This document shows positions 12,010 through 26,094 of a stretch of DNA of 64,000 bases, piece by piece. How positions within the stretch are numbered: position 1 is the stretch's first letter; the number at the start of each line of letters is the position of its first letter. A program made the position numbers and the translations under genes. Source of the stretch: Callorhinchus milii (Eukaryota); NCBI RefSeq assembly GCF_018977255.1, contig NW_024704742.1, positions 45,696,001 to 45,760,000 on the forward strand, written 5' to 3'. The notes below the pieces were generated by a model, which was given only the letters and a program-made list of their open reading frames with translations, made no database searches and was not told the DNA's origin.

Positions 12010-12210
12010 AATAATAACAATAACCCTTTTTATTTGATATAGCGTCTTCACATCATCAAAATGTCTCAAAACACTTCATAGGAGTTTACTGTAAAGTATA
12101 GTGACTGTGTAAATAAGGGCAAATTGAGCATTGTCCCTCAAACAGACATGAAAAAACAGATCAATTTTATCTGGTGGATTATTGGCCAGAACACCGGGAG
12201 AAACTTCATT
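12010..12210 (-). mobile_element. Deu-SINE 3' part
   Basis: aataataacaataaccc...atttgatatagcgtcttcac tail and ttggccagaacaccgggagaaac. Confidence 0.7.
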
Positions 12211-13882
12211 TTTTACATCATTATAGCAGTGGTGAGAAAAAATAACCTTTTACTGAAGGGATCTTTGTCAGATTTAGACCATTGTGCTTAAAGCATCATT
12301 ATTGCTTTTAAGAGTTTGTAGAAGTCTCCACATGGACTTAATTTGCATTAGAAGCTTAATTTTTCTACATACTGGATTCTGCATGTAAATAATTGGTTAA
12401 TTGTTGTGTTTAAGGTTAATAATCATGAGAATGAAATTGAACCAAGAGCTGAATACAATTACACACAATTATACAAGTTAGATATATACACCAGCACTTT
12501 TCAGATCAAGGGTAAATTTCAAAGCACTTCAGTGGCACAGATGATGAGGCACCAGAAGCTGGGGGAGCTGAAGAAATTGGGATTGGTTGTATTTGCGTGG
12601 GTGCTGGAGGAGATCATTCTAAAGTTTCTGTGGTCAGCCTCCAGGGGGTCTTTAAGAACTGGTTCACTCTGTTATGAGAAAAGTTTCTGCATTGTTCAGT
12701 TGATTAATTGTTTCCACATTCAATTGATTTATTAAGAATAAAATCATTTAATATCCATAAGAATTAAGGTACTAGCTAGATGCCAATGGCACTACTTTTA
12801 TTAGATAAAATAGAAAAGCAGTGAACTGTCAGCCCAAATGCGAGAAAACATTTTGCATTCCATCTTAGGTGACAGCTTTTCTGATGATGATGACAAGTTG
12901 AAAAGAAATAGAAATTTATTTTAATTAGTAACTTACCAATGTATAACTCTTATCCTTGTAGATGTGCACTGCAAAATAATAAAACTGGGTCTTAGCAGCA
13001 ACGAGGCTTGGAAATGATTTAATGAATTATTCAACATCCCAGGAAGACTGTGGAGCACAGAAGTCTACGATTAGGTGTCAGTCTTGGCCACTCACCACTT
13101 GAGACTTATGTTTCCATGTAGGCTATAGATTGGAGAGAAATAATAACCACCTATTGATAATTTGTCAGGGTCATTAAGATAAATGAGTTCATGCTCACAG
13201 ACCAAAGCTGTCTGAAAAATTCCTCTCGCCACTAAGAGTTGTGACTTTGAAATTGTGCACTTTATTATAATGGAAAAATTCAGGCTTTGGTAATGAGGGC
13301 ATCTAATTTCAATCCTTGTATAAATGTACACTGACAAAGGTCTGTAAATTTATTATCAGGCAGAGAGCAACCTTTCCCACCCCATTTTTTTTTAGCAGTC
13401 TTGAGCTTTCAGGGTAGTTGCCTGGATTTCTCTACTTCCCATTGCCTCCTTCATGATATGGCCTGTGACAATATTGAACAAAGTGAGTGACAAGCATCAC
13501 TCCTGTCTTCACTCTAGACTATTCTGACATTTTTTCCTCCAACATTCGCACAAGACTCTGTTTCTTTGTAATCTAGTTCAGAAGACTATCTTGTATGGCT
13601 TAAATCAATCTGAATTTGCCAGAGTCACGTTTTTCCTTCAGAATGACAAAACAAGACATTAACTTACTACTTTACAGCACTGTGTAAATATTTTTGAATA
13701 TAAAATAGTCGACTTCAGAAGTAATTGAATGTGAGTACTTGGAAAGTCTTGAGCACTATTCCGAATCAGAAAAGTAGGTTATACTCTAAAGTGACCTAAA
13801 TCAGAAACAAAAAACACATCTTGCAATTGTTATAAAGTGGCATTGAATTGGGATTTAGATTTTCATCTTCTTTGCAACAATT

Positions 13883-14128
13883 GAACATGTGCAGATATGC
13901 CGTGAATAGATCAAGATTTTAAGTTGCATCTTTTGAGCATAATCTCTGGGGAAAGAGTTATGGCATCTTGGAGAACGTTTTGACAGAAAATCATCCATCA
14001 ATCCCTTTCTGTACTACAGATACTGACTGGAAGCAGACAATAGCTCACTCGCCTTCTGAATTTCCAGCTCACTCACCTACTGAATTTGTTCCAATCCCAA
14101 ACGATTGACAACTTTCTAGAAATGCTCT
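13883..14128 (+). repeat. Copy 1 of a ~240-bp local direct duplication
   Basis: Aligns colinearly with 15157-15390 (gatcaagattttaagt...tgacagaa...tcatccatcaat...acagatactgact.gaagcagacaatagct...tttctagaaat). Confidence 0.9.
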
Positions 14129-14659
14129 GGTGAAGAATAGTTTTGCAAGAATAACTTTTGCTAAATCTATCTTAGGTATTTGTTCCAGATATTATTATTA
14201 AGATTTGAATTTGTTCAATACAAATGCAAAGTTTGTGTCAAATATTCTTTTATGCACCTTTGTTGGTTTGACAAATTGCAACCTAATGAATTTAACAAAT
14301 ACTGTAGTTGTATCAGCGCTTATAAATAGTAATAAATCATATAAGTATATATTAGGCTGCATGCACAAGTCCTTTGGACCAGATTGTATCTGAGGAAACA
14401 AAAAAAAGGGAGGTGGAAATAAATTGTTTCTTATAGGATGATATAAATTTCCACATTGACACAGTATTCTTATATCACCTCAATGGAATAAAAAAGATAA
14501 TTTGTGGTTGCTGCATCTTTAAATAATCAAAAATAGAGACATCACCAAACACAATAAAATTGCTTATTTTATGTCTTTTAACAAGATCATATCCGCAAAT
14601 ATATACAATCTTCTAAAACAAACATTCAATAAAAATTAATTGACAAGATTTATGGATGT

Positions 14660-15010
14660 TTCCCATCCTTTGAATGAGATGGTAAACTGAGGTCCATTCT
14701 TCCTGTTCAGGTGGATATTAAAGATCCCATGGAACTATCGGTAAGAAGAAGAGTTTCTCCCGGTGATTTGGCCAGCAATCCCACAGATACAATTGATCAT
14801 TCACTTCATAGCTGTTTGTGGACATTTGCTGTGTACAAATTGGTTGCTGCGTTCATTGACAAAATACACAGTCTTATCAAGTTACAAATATCTCAAAGCT
14901 GTTCACAGGATTTTTACAGTAAAATGTAGTAAGTATGCATTTGCAGGCCAATGTGACAGTTAATTTGAGCATAGTGATGTCTCTCAAACAGTCATGAAGT
15001 GAATGACCGA
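14660..15010. mobile_element. Two tail-to-tail degenerate Deu-SINE fragments (+ at about 14660-14875, - at about 14885-15010)
   Basis: cctgttcaggtggatattaaagatcccatgg and the Deu core on +; SINE 3' motifs on -. Confidence 0.7.
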
Positions 15011-15156
15011 ATTGCATGTGCAAGTTATGTGATAGTTGTGTGGAAACCAAAGCCTTCTTCTAACTATTAGATCAGAGCCCAAGACATTCATTTAGACCAT
15101 GGGTAAATTCTCTATATATGAGGATAATCATATATCTTTTCATAAAAGGTTGATGG

Positions 15157-15390
15157 AAATGGGCAGCTACAACATGAATGGATCAAGATTTTAAGTCCCA
15201 TCTATTGAACATAAGCTCTGGGGAAGGAGTTGTGGCAGCTTTGAGAGCTTTTTGACAGAATCATCCATCAATTCCTTTCTGAACCACAGATACTGACTAG
15301 AAGCAGACAATAGCTGATGCACCTTTCTAGCTCATTTCCCTACTGGATTTGTTCCGATCCTGAACTACTAACAGCTTTCTAGAAATTTCC
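15157..15390 (+). repeat. Copy 2 of the ~240-bp local direct duplication
   Basis: Roughly 80 percent identical by eye to 13883-14128. Confidence 0.9.
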
Positions 15391-15739
15391 TCTAAACTGG
15401 TGCTGCCTTAAAACACGTTAAAATATATTAATGTTTTTACTGTAAAATATCCTTATCGAAGACTAGTTGTCACAGAATATTAATTCAGCATCAGGCAAGC
15501 CACAGAGGTAAGGTGGGGCAAGAGCAAGGAGAGATTTAAAGTTGAGAACAAGGATCTTGAACTATATCCGCTGGGGTAATAGGGAGCCACTGGAGCCACA
15601 TGGGATGATAATCACTAGAGAATCTCAGTGATTCACTAGTTGTTTCAGAAGCATAAAGAAATTATACTGTGATAGTAATTCCAAATTATATTCTCACTAA
15701 TATCTTAAGTGCATTTCTATTAAGCATATATTTTACAAT

Positions 15740-16150
15740 ACCCTCTTTTGCTGAATTTCAGACTGTTACATTTCTCTGTATTAAACTTCACCTGCTTCCT
15801 ATAGACCCACATAACCAGATCCCTCTGATTTGTGGACATTGATTCTCACCATTTAACGGATCCTAAAATTTTGGGTCATCTGCAAATTTAGGGATTTTTA
15901 GATTCCAGTCTCCAAATGAAAAAATTAAAATGATTAATACAGGCCTCAATTCTGACCATTGTGGCATTACTTACAACTGGCTTCCAGGCTGATATTCTTC
16001 ATGCATCTCTTGTTTGTTTTCTGCCAAATAGCCATTTGCTCATCCAGTTTAATGCATTGCCATCTATCCCATAGCCTAGCCCTTTTACAGTTGTCCATCA
16101 TGTGGGACAGTATCAAATGCCTTTTTAAAAACAGACAATTTTACATTCAC
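15740..16150 (-). mobile_element. Highly degenerate CR1 RT relic
   Basis: gggtcatctgcaaattt (rc KFADDP) and tatcaaatgcctttt (rc KAFD). Confidence 0.65.
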
Positions 16151-17619
16151 AATTTTATTTCTTTGTCAAGGGTTTTGCAATATTATTTTACTTGAAGTGC
16201 ACTATGTAAATTAAAATTGTTATTGTTGAAGCGTTACTATGTAGATTATCTTCAACATCAGAATATCAACTGTAACTTCTAAATTCCACCTACATCAGCT
16301 ATCAAAAATATCTAGTATGAACATAAACAACACAGCACAAATGCATCAGAATATATCAGTCATATCATAGTAACACACAATCCAATTTATCTCCACGCAC
16401 TCATAAAACATTTGCGTATCAAATGTGAGAAAATATTATTTAATAACTTTTTTTATCATTACTGAACTTCAAAGCTAAACGAAAAGATGAATGTAAAGAT
16501 CTATATCTTGGAGAGTACTTCAATGCTTGAGAGAAACCCACACCAGCTGAAACTGTAAACAAACTGAATTTGCTACCTTAACAAGTTCAATTTGAAACAA
16601 CATTTTAAGGGCTTAATTAATTCAGTGCGAAAATGACTAATGGAATTTTTGTGAAAGCTACTGATAGTAGAAGTTGCTTAAAATCTCCGTCACTATTACC
16701 TTTTCATTCCAGTCAAAGGGATCTATAAAATATTTGAAACTGTTTACCAGCAATGCTTTCACACCTTAAAATGAGCAATATTGACTGTAAGATGTACAAG
16801 AAAACAAATCCAACAATTAAACACAGTAAGGACCTGAGACTAGACAGAAAACAAGTTTTTAAACATTAGAAATCAAGCCTTCAACTCAAACACGTGGATC
16901 ATTGGTTTCTAATCTTAATAAATGTAGAGTGTATTTTGTGATATTGGAAACAACACCAGGAGTTGGGAATACAGAGACTGCCTGTTTGCAGATGTGTTTA
17001 TAAAGTACGAACATGATCACGATAGACTTTTATGAGCTGGGATGGTCACAGAATACTTTGGTCACTGGACCAGATTGCTGTTAAAATATTCATCTTCACA
17101 CTTCTGGGATTAAAATCCCTAACCTATATTGTGGCTATATTTGGAACAAGCAATTCAAAGGATGACATCTTCCCTAGGTTAGTTAGCCTGTGGGCGTCCA
17201 ATACTATATTGTCAATTGTGTAGGGGAGCACCCATCCTAAAACTACTTATCTTGGCATTATTAGCAGAATGATTCAAAAGAAGCATCTACATATGTGAAG
17301 GGAATAAAAGCTAGCCATTTGCAGCATAGAAGGAGGCCATTCACCCCACGTTGCTAGTGCTGATGCTTTGAAAGCGAATAGTAATTTATCTAACATATTT
17401 TTAGAACTAGGTTATATAATTGTATGTGGTAAATGAACTATGAGACTTTTGTGGTTAACATTGTATTGCCCTATTCCCATAAGTTTTCTCTTTACTTCAG
17501 AGCTGAATTTATGGCAACTTGTAACAGATGCGGATAACTTTTGTTCTGCTGCTATCTCCCAGAGGAGTGTATTTTGTGTTACATAGACTTGTGACGAAAC
17601 ATTTCTCTTAAACAGCCAT

Positions 17620-18960
17620 TACAAAAACAACAACTTATATAGAGCCTTTTATGCGGGGTAGCATCCCGGAGTACTTCACACTAGTGGAGTCTGATCCCGA
17701 GCCAGGTCAAGAGGAAATGGGGAGGGGAGCGTATGCACAATCACAAAGGAAGGTCTTTAGGCAGGATTAGATAGTGGGGAGGGAGGAGGCAAGGTGGAGG
17801 GATTGACGGAGAAATTTCCAGAGTTTCGTGGGATAGTGACAGAAGTCACGGCCACTGATGGTGGAGCGGAGGGCACGAGGGACAAACCAGAGGCTGGAGC
17901 CAGCTGAGCGGAGGCAGCGGGTGGTGGAGCCTAGCAAGGACTGGTGTGAGGTTAGTACAGAGTTTTGTGCGGTTGAGTGTCCGGGCGGAGGAGTTTTGAA
18001 TTAATTGAATTTTGTGTATGGTGGAGCTGGGAAGACCAGCGAGGAGGGCATGGGAATGGCGCCCCTTGGAAGTGACAAAGGGAAGGGTCGAGGGTTCCGG
18101 CTGCTTTGTTTGTGAGGTACGGACAGAGGTGGGCAATGTGTCAGAGGTAGAAAAAGCAGTCCCAGTCACAAAATGGATGTGGGGTAGAAAGGAAAGCTAA
18201 GGATTGAACCTGACGTCAAAGTTGAGCACGGATTCTGTGAGTCTGAGGGAGAGCTTGGGGAGGTTGAGGAATTCAGGCCCGCAGGAGAGAAGACATTAAT
18301 GGGAGCAAAAGAGTATATGGCTTCCATCTTGCTGACATTCAGCTGCAGGAAATTTGCGCGCATCCAGGTGCTGACGTCTGTCAAACATGTTGATAGAACA
18401 TTGGCTTGCTGGGTGGGAGTTGCAGCTGGAGGAGAAGTAGATTTGGGTGTCATCCACATACATGTGGAAGTTGACCCCATATCTGTGGATGACATTGCCA
18501 AAAGAGAACATGTAGATGAAGAAAAAGAGGGGCCAAGGATGGAGCCTTGGGGTTCTACACAGGTGAGGGAGGAAAAAAACATTTGCCGAGATATATTGTT
18601 GGTGGTTTGTTAAGTAGGACTCAAAATATGTGAGTGCGGTCCCATTACTGTGGATGAGGGAGGAGAAGGCGGTGGATGAGGATAGTGTGATTGATTGTGT
18701 CAAATGCAGCAGAGAGGTCCAGGAGAATGAGGAGGCAGAAGGTGCCCTGGTTACAGAGAAAGAGAACATAATTTGTAACTTTGACGAATGCTGTCTCTGT
18801 GCTGTGGGCAGGGTGAAAACCGGACTGGAGCAGTTCAAGTAGGGAATGTAGGAAGAGGTGTGAGCTAAGTTGGTTTGCAGTGCCACATTCCAAAATTTTG
18901 GCCAGGAAGGGTTTGAGATGGGTCTGAAGTTTGTGAGGTTGGAGGGCTCGAGGGTAGGTT
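17620..18960 (-). mobile_element. L2 LINE, RT C-terminal half to 3' tail, frameshifted
   Basis: Peptides LQSGFHPAHSTETAFVKVTN, LLDLSAAFDTINH, PQGSILGP, FHMYVDDTQIY, WMRANFLQLN and IQNSSAR. Confidence 0.95.
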
Positions 18961-19959
18961 ACAGCCTATGTGGTTGCACTGCAGTACACAAATTGCAAGA
19001 TTCTTAAAACGATTTGGAAAAGTGAATGTGACAAGTATCAGGATGTACCTCAGACCAATCTACTGGAACTCCGCTTGGATGCCAAACTTCACTACAAGCC
19101 TACCTTCATCACATTAGAAATTCTTAATACCCATTGAATCTAATTAACAAATTCATCGGTTTTCTCATCCTAAACACACCAGGAACTTCAGTTGCAATGC
19201 AATCCTATCTGTGCACAATCTTTTCTTTAGAATTGCTCACCTGATGGAAACACAACATGCTATAATCTTTACACTGAGTTAATTGAAGATGCAAAATTCT
19301 TCACCTCAGAAGACTAGCCAATAATGTTGGGGATTATAGCATTCATTTAAGGTATAGTTCAGACAACACTTAGAAAAAAAAAGATAACCATGTTGTCCTT
19401 AGTTGAACACAAAGAAAGAATAAAGACCACAGTGCTCTGATGGAAAATATTGTTTAAGCCAAGCACGCTTTCGTTTGGGACTGTGCCAAATCAATCACTA
19501 CAGTACAGGATTAGAATGAGAAAATAGTAATGGAAACAACTGGAGTGAACTCAGATGAGAGATAAAGTTATAAACTGGAAATATGTTAAAATGGTTGCAT
19601 TTGGCCTAAAATATTTATAAAATGTGAAATAAATAACACTGACTTTTAGAAGTCCATTTTCACTTCATAACCGTCATGGAAGTTTGATCTTTGAGTTCTG
19701 AACTTCAAAGAAATTGCCTGGCTAGAGATATTAGTGGTGGTCGATTTAAGTTATTACGTCTTCTTTAATTTGTATTTGGGGCTAATAGATATCCGGGAGG
19801 TCATTCTAAGGCTCTAAACATATCAAGGAAATCAGATGATGTCATAAATCATGAAACTAAAGTTTAAGCAGTGTAACTGTATTTTAAACCTTATGATGTG
19901 ATATTAAAGCTTGAAAGTACTTTTCGGTATAATTCAGTATAGTTTAAAATATGACACAG

Positions 19960-20040
19960 AAACAGGACTACCAAGACTGCCATTTTCGATAGTTTTGTGT
20001 CAGGCACCTAACCTTGGAGCCAGCTCAAACTAAAGAGACA
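19960..20040 (-). repeat. Family X fragment
   Basis: Reverse complement reads ctggctccaaggttaggtgcctgac versus ctggctccaaggtgacatgcctggc at 35738-35762 (13-nt exact seed). Confidence 0.6.
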
Positions 20041-22314
20041 TTGGGTTTGCCTATAACTTACACAGTCACTACACTTTATAGTAAATCATTTGAAGCATTG
20101 AGATATCCTCCTAATGTGAAAGGCACTATATCAAATGCAAGGCTTATTAATATAGGCAAATTAGATTTGTATCTAGATTGGGAAAGATATTGGAGTAATT
20201 CATAAAGGAAAAGATTCAATCACATTTTACATGAGCACAGGCAATGCTTCCAAATCAACATAGTCTCCTACATTTATTAAAATCTTTTTGAAATACAATA
20301 GAGGTCCTACCTGATATTAATTCATTGTGTTACAATATAAGGCAATGATATTTAAGCATATGGAGAAAAGACAATGAAATGTGATTAAACTATTGATAAA
20401 AAAATCTATTCATGGTGGTATTCAGCTGCTCCTTTGATACCTCTGAGTATAAGGAGCAAAGACCAAATATCTTTGTGATTTTGAAGATTTTATCGATAGT
20501 GTTTCCATTCAAGTTATTACTCTCTTTCCTGCAGTAGGAGTCTCATGCTGAGTGTTCCATTTTGCCTACACTTCTTAAGAAGCTGCAACTTTATGTTTTG
20601 CAATGAATCTCTTTCAATGCCACTGTATTTCCTTCCTCTGCCATTTCACTTGCTGCCTGTGAAGCATATTCAAATATGGGTCTGTGTATCATTTGCATCT
20701 GATTAGCAATGCAGTCACCTGCAATTTGCATGAGAGCAGATAGTTCTACTTGGAAACAAATTGATTTAGTCGGAGAGGGAAAAATTGTGCTTTAAGTTGA
20801 ATTCTTCCTATTAAGTAAGTCACAGGGGGAAAAAGAAACATCCACCAATTACTGGTTAAATATAATGACATTTATGCTGCATCTGCATCATTTCGTAGGA
20901 AATGTATCTTCAAACAGGAAGAAATGCAAAGAACTTCAGTCTGTTAATAACTGATAAAATAACTTTTCCAAAATAACTATGATCCTTGCCTTGTCATAAT
21001 TTTAAACATGATTCATAAATGTCAAACTGGAACTAAAAAATACATATGGTAACTAAAAATGTAAGTGTTAGCTTTTACCATAATTATCCCCTGACATTTC
21101 ACATTGACAGGAAGCATTATAATGTCACAGGATAGATGTTTTAGTGTGATTTCAGTAAAGCAGTTCTGACACATTTTGTAAACATAATCCAGTGGAATTC
21201 TATGTTTGGCATTTCTAAAGTGATGAATTATTTAAACACTGTTCCTTGCCCAGAGAGTGCTGTGTGAATCCCTTTCAGAAAACCAGAATAAATAATGGAT
21301 AGATAGGAAGGAAGAAGTTACAATTCAGCTAACACAGCCGAGGGGATGATGTAAGCATCTGTGAGTTAAATTTGAGCAGTTTATTCACTTCAGTTAGCAT
21401 TAAAGTCCATGTTAACTTTTATTCCTGAATATGCTTCGCCGTATTTTGGGGAAGGAATAAGGGAAACAAGCATGTCAGCACCTGTCTGGCCTTTTGCACC
21501 CCTCCTCTTGTTAACTGTTCACAAAGGTAGCTGCAAAGTTGAAGAAAGCAATGTCGTAATAGGAAGGATCGACATACACATGAAAATACGCATGGTTTTT
21601 TCTCATTGTTGCCTTTCCCGTTACAGGCATATAATTCATTTTCAGAGTAGCTATGGGCTTTTGAGAACCACATTAACAGAAACATGAACCAGCTTAAGTT
21701 TCCAATTGCAGAAAACTGCTCTGATTGAATTTGAATATTAAATTAATTCCCAATGTATACGTCCACTGTGGTTACCTGACACTTGCTTTTCCTGTTCAAA
21801 TGTCCACCATGTGGCATTTTAGCACAAATAATTCTTATTAGAAGGATTAGGTAAAAAAGGTATTAATGAAAACTTGTTAATGATATGAGCAAAGACACCA
21901 AGGATATAAAACATAGCTTCCAAGCAGACTAATTTCAGACACAAAAAGGTATCAGGTGTTTCATTATGGCAGTCTCTTGGTTTGAGAAGTTTAAATCCTC
22001 TCAAATCCAGAAACTGTTGTTCATTAGTTTGCGGACAAACTTTTGGCCAATATTTCCGTAACTCTCGAGGTCTGTCTGCATGTAAAACTGGTTGGTATCA
22101 TTCATTCAATTAAAACGTTGCAACAATGAGACGTGACATTTAGGATTTTGTGGATAACTATCATCAATAGTAAACTGCTTGATGTTGTTTTGTAAGATAT
22201 TTTCGTGTTTTTTTTCCAATTTCTTTTTTGAATTTTCTCCCCATTGGCACATGGCTCTCTATCTCCTCTCTGCTTATTGTAATACAGTCTATAGGAACTG
22301 ATTGCCCTCCAATA

Positions 22315-22800
22315 CATAGGAATAAGGGAAAACAGGAAGAAGAGGAGCCTATTCAGAACTTCAATCGTGTTTGAATCTCAGCATTCCGACCTTTTGCCAT
22401 ACGCCTTCACACCTCTATTATCCAAGTATTGTCTATCACTCTTTTAAACATCCCTGTTCATATCACCTTACATGGCATGAGAAGAAAACATCTGTTAAAC
22501 TCTCCTTTTACTCATACAGTATATCCATATCCTCTAGTCAATTGGCTACCCCTATTGATAGAAATAGCATATTCTATTTACCCTGTCAAAATTCCTCATA
22601 ATTTTGCATACTTCTATTTGGTCCCCTCACCATCTTCTTTGCTCTCGTAAAACAGACCCAACAGACCCAATTTATCCAGTCTTTCCTCATAACTATAACC
22701 TCTCATCCCTGGTATCACTCTTGGAACCCATCAACACCTTGACATCTTCCTGAAGTGAGGTGCACAAAACTGAATGCAGTACTTCAATTGCACCTAACCA
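22315..22800 (-). mobile_element. Degenerate CR1 3' end
   Basis: gaggtgcacaaaactgaatgcagtacttca (rc LKYCIQFCAPHF) and a CR1-type 3' terminus. Confidence 0.75.
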
Positions 22801-24709
22801 ATACTCCTTTAGTTACTTGACTGAATGTGTAAGAAGTTCTGCTTTCCCAAGTCTTTCTAGCTTCACAACTATGGGAATGGGAAGTTCAATTGTAGCCCGA
22901 AGCTCACAGCACTGCTAAAATTAAGTCAGTGTCGTGGAATAAACACAATATACAGTCCAATGCTTAGCATTAATTGTGCCTGTCACATATTGTGTTACTT
23001 GTGGCCATTTTAAAATCCTTTAGTATAAAATTACAGCCATTTTACAGGTAGGTTTGGCAGTCAGGGGTTAATATCCCTGCCAGTGGGAGACTGACTGCTT
23101 TCTTTTAAAAGTAAAGTCGTAACTTTCATATTTTAATTAATACTGAAGAGTGAATAGCTTTCTTATCAAGCAACTGTATGAAGTTTGACAGTCTCATTTT
23201 CTGGATTCCCATAGTAATGTAGGTGGTATTTTAATAATCTTTAGTTACATTCAGCTTGTTTAATTAGGTTATTGTTCATTATAATATCAGACATACAGAC
23301 TTTTCATGGAAAGTCCCTTAAAGGACTATCTGACAAAGATCTTGAAAGAAGACACAGAGATCAAAGAGTTATCTCGCTTAAATAGATGACTTGGGAGAAA
23401 GTTTTCTAACATGTAGATTGGATATAGAACTCCATTTGAATTCATTCACATTTTTACATTACAAGATGAGGTGATTATTTTATGAAGCAAATTGATGAGA
23501 TCTTGATTAACTTAATGCAGGTTAAATCTATACTGATCAAATGCACTATCACCTCCTGAATACACGTCTAAAGCAGAATATCTGCACTAAAAATAACCAA
23601 GATTGTTACCTGCTGTGATTGTTAGAAACTTGTTCTTACTTAAATTACCTGTAAATATTACTTTGTACTTATTTAATTAACATCAGGACAGTTTATGTGA
23701 TGGAGCACAGCGATGAATCTTCTACCAAAATGATATGCATTGATACCCATATGAGTAATAATTTCCAATGTGGGACATTGCTGTGTGCAAATTGGTTAAT
23801 GCATTCATCAACAAAATGTAGCATCATTACATTTTACAGCATATCCTATGAAGTGCTTTGGGTCATCTTTCTGGCATAAAAAGGAGTATTTCAAATGTAA
23901 AGATTATTATAATCTTTAAATCTACAGGTTCTTCTTTCATGTTCATTCACTTTTACTTGGTTGGAATCTATAAACGTATATCACTGATATAAATGACCCA
24001 TGACTTGCTTGTGAATACTAAAGCAACTTCCAAGTAATGTTAAAGCAAAGGTGCCAGTCAAGCAGTAATATAATTTGTTCTACAAGTTTCTACCAAACAC
24101 TAAACTACAACTAGCTGATAGTTATTTTCACTGGAATTATAATAATTAAATCTTATTAATAAATGCTTAAGAGTTTGGACCAGCAGTCACTTACCTTTAG
24201 TACATGCTGCATGTTTTATTTAAATACTGTTTGAATTCAATGATTCAGTGAACGTGCAGATTACCTGGTGTGATACTGACATAAGAAGGGGGGAGTATTG
24301 TTGATATACTAGTGATTGTTGTTCAGAGCGTTTGTTGAATTTGCTGTACTATATAAAGCTGTAATAAACAAATATAAATATTAAAGTGTATCTTATTAAA
24401 GTTGCAGCATAGCGCACATTTTTCTAAACAGCGTTAGCATTGCCCATTCCCAGACCAGACATAGAAGAAGTCTAACTCAAAGAGAATTATTTTCTACAGT
24501 CTGCTTGAAACCAAGTTCAGTCAAACAGTTCCTACACCAGCAATTTAACATTTCCACCTCCCAAACTCTCCTGCTTGCAGCATTCTAAGTGACATAGCCA
24601 ATTTGCTGCCAATTAGTGAAGAATTATGAGCAGTCTTGTCCTGATGTTTTGGAGCTGCGAGGAATGTCCCATCTCATCAAGCTTTGAACACTGGTGTTGT
24701 CATATTCAA

Positions 24710-24950
24710 AGAACTGGTCCATGTGCTGCATTAGAAGCACTGAGGGTCTAATTTGTAGCGATTTTTCATGTAATTCCTCAAGGAATGCCTTTGGAATTCA
24801 TTAGAATCTCTATTGACTCGTGAAAACTTCAGAAGCAGATCAGATAGAAGAGGAGTTCCCGTGAGTCAGCGTGACACACTTCTTAAAGAATTCAATTGAG
24901 AAATACTACAAATTAGACTCCAGTGTCACCTCACACATGCAGACTGGATC
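24710..24950. repeat. Long imperfect palindrome (MITE or ancient hairpin element-like)
   Basis: Nested arms: cactgagggtctaatttgtag / ctacaaattagactccagtg; aattcctcaaggaatg / cacttcttaaagaatt; tgactcgtgaaaacttc / ggagttcccgtgagtca. Confidence 0.8.
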
Positions 24951-26094
24951 ATATCACCAAACAAAGTGACAGCATGTTCCTATAGAAGCCTGGCGCATCA
25001 CAAACCACGTTCTGGTCCCAACACATAGCAGTGATTCACTGCAGGTTGCAGTTTGATTTGGAGTCCAGTGCCATGTTGTTGCAGGTTTAGTGGCAAATTT
25101 ACAACCAATACTGATGGTTTCCAGTGCCAAATTCAAAGAATATGAACAGTAATGCAGTCAGAAGACATCCAGTCTGGATATAAAACCACTTGAGACTCGA
25201 GCAGACGGTTTTACTTTTCCTTGCGCTACCTGGTTCCAAGGAAGAGAAAAAATGTGCTTTGAGGCAAAATATGAAAATATAAAATTCCAACAAATATTTC
25301 ATAGAGAACCACATTAAAATATTGTTACAATAACTGGGACACCTCACAAAAAAAGTTTTTTTTGAAGAAAATTGTTTCCTTGAGAGGTCCAAATTCTGTA
25401 ATAATGTTCAAAAGCATTTTGTTTTATTGAGATTGTTGATGCTATTTATTTTGCTTTGATCAAACATATGGAACATTTGGTCCCTTGATACCATGTCCAT
25501 CTGGAGCCTGAAGATGTGTCAGTGTGATGGATAAGAAGACTAATGCTGAATGATTTCATAGAGATGTGTTATGCTCCAAGTTCATTTGAACAGGTGAATT
25601 CATTGAAGTCATAATTTTCGAAAGACATGCAAAACATCATTACAACAACAACAAATTACATTTGTATAGCGCCTTTCATGTTGGGAAGATGTCTCAAGGT
25701 GCTGAACAGTCAAGGATCATTAGTTTGAGCAGCACGTTCCTCAGTTTTCTTTGAAGCACATACTTGCTGTGCTTATCGACATTTAACATCTTCAGTTTCC
25801 ATATTAAGTACATTGAGATGTCCTCCCAAACTGAAAGGCTATATAGGTGTAAATTATATTTTACATGCCAACTCCTAAAGCCAGAATGACAATTTTTTAT
25901 CAGGTTTTTATGCCTTTCTCTTTGTCCCCCCTGAAGACCATAACTCATGCCGAGGTACAATTCCAAGTTTCACGTGTGCTGTCAGCCCTCTCCTTAACTT
26001 ATTCCAAATGACCATTGCTCAGTTAGTATCGGCCACTCTGCATTCACTGCTAGTTGGCCTTCCCAACAACTCCTTCCACAGGCTGCAGATCATC

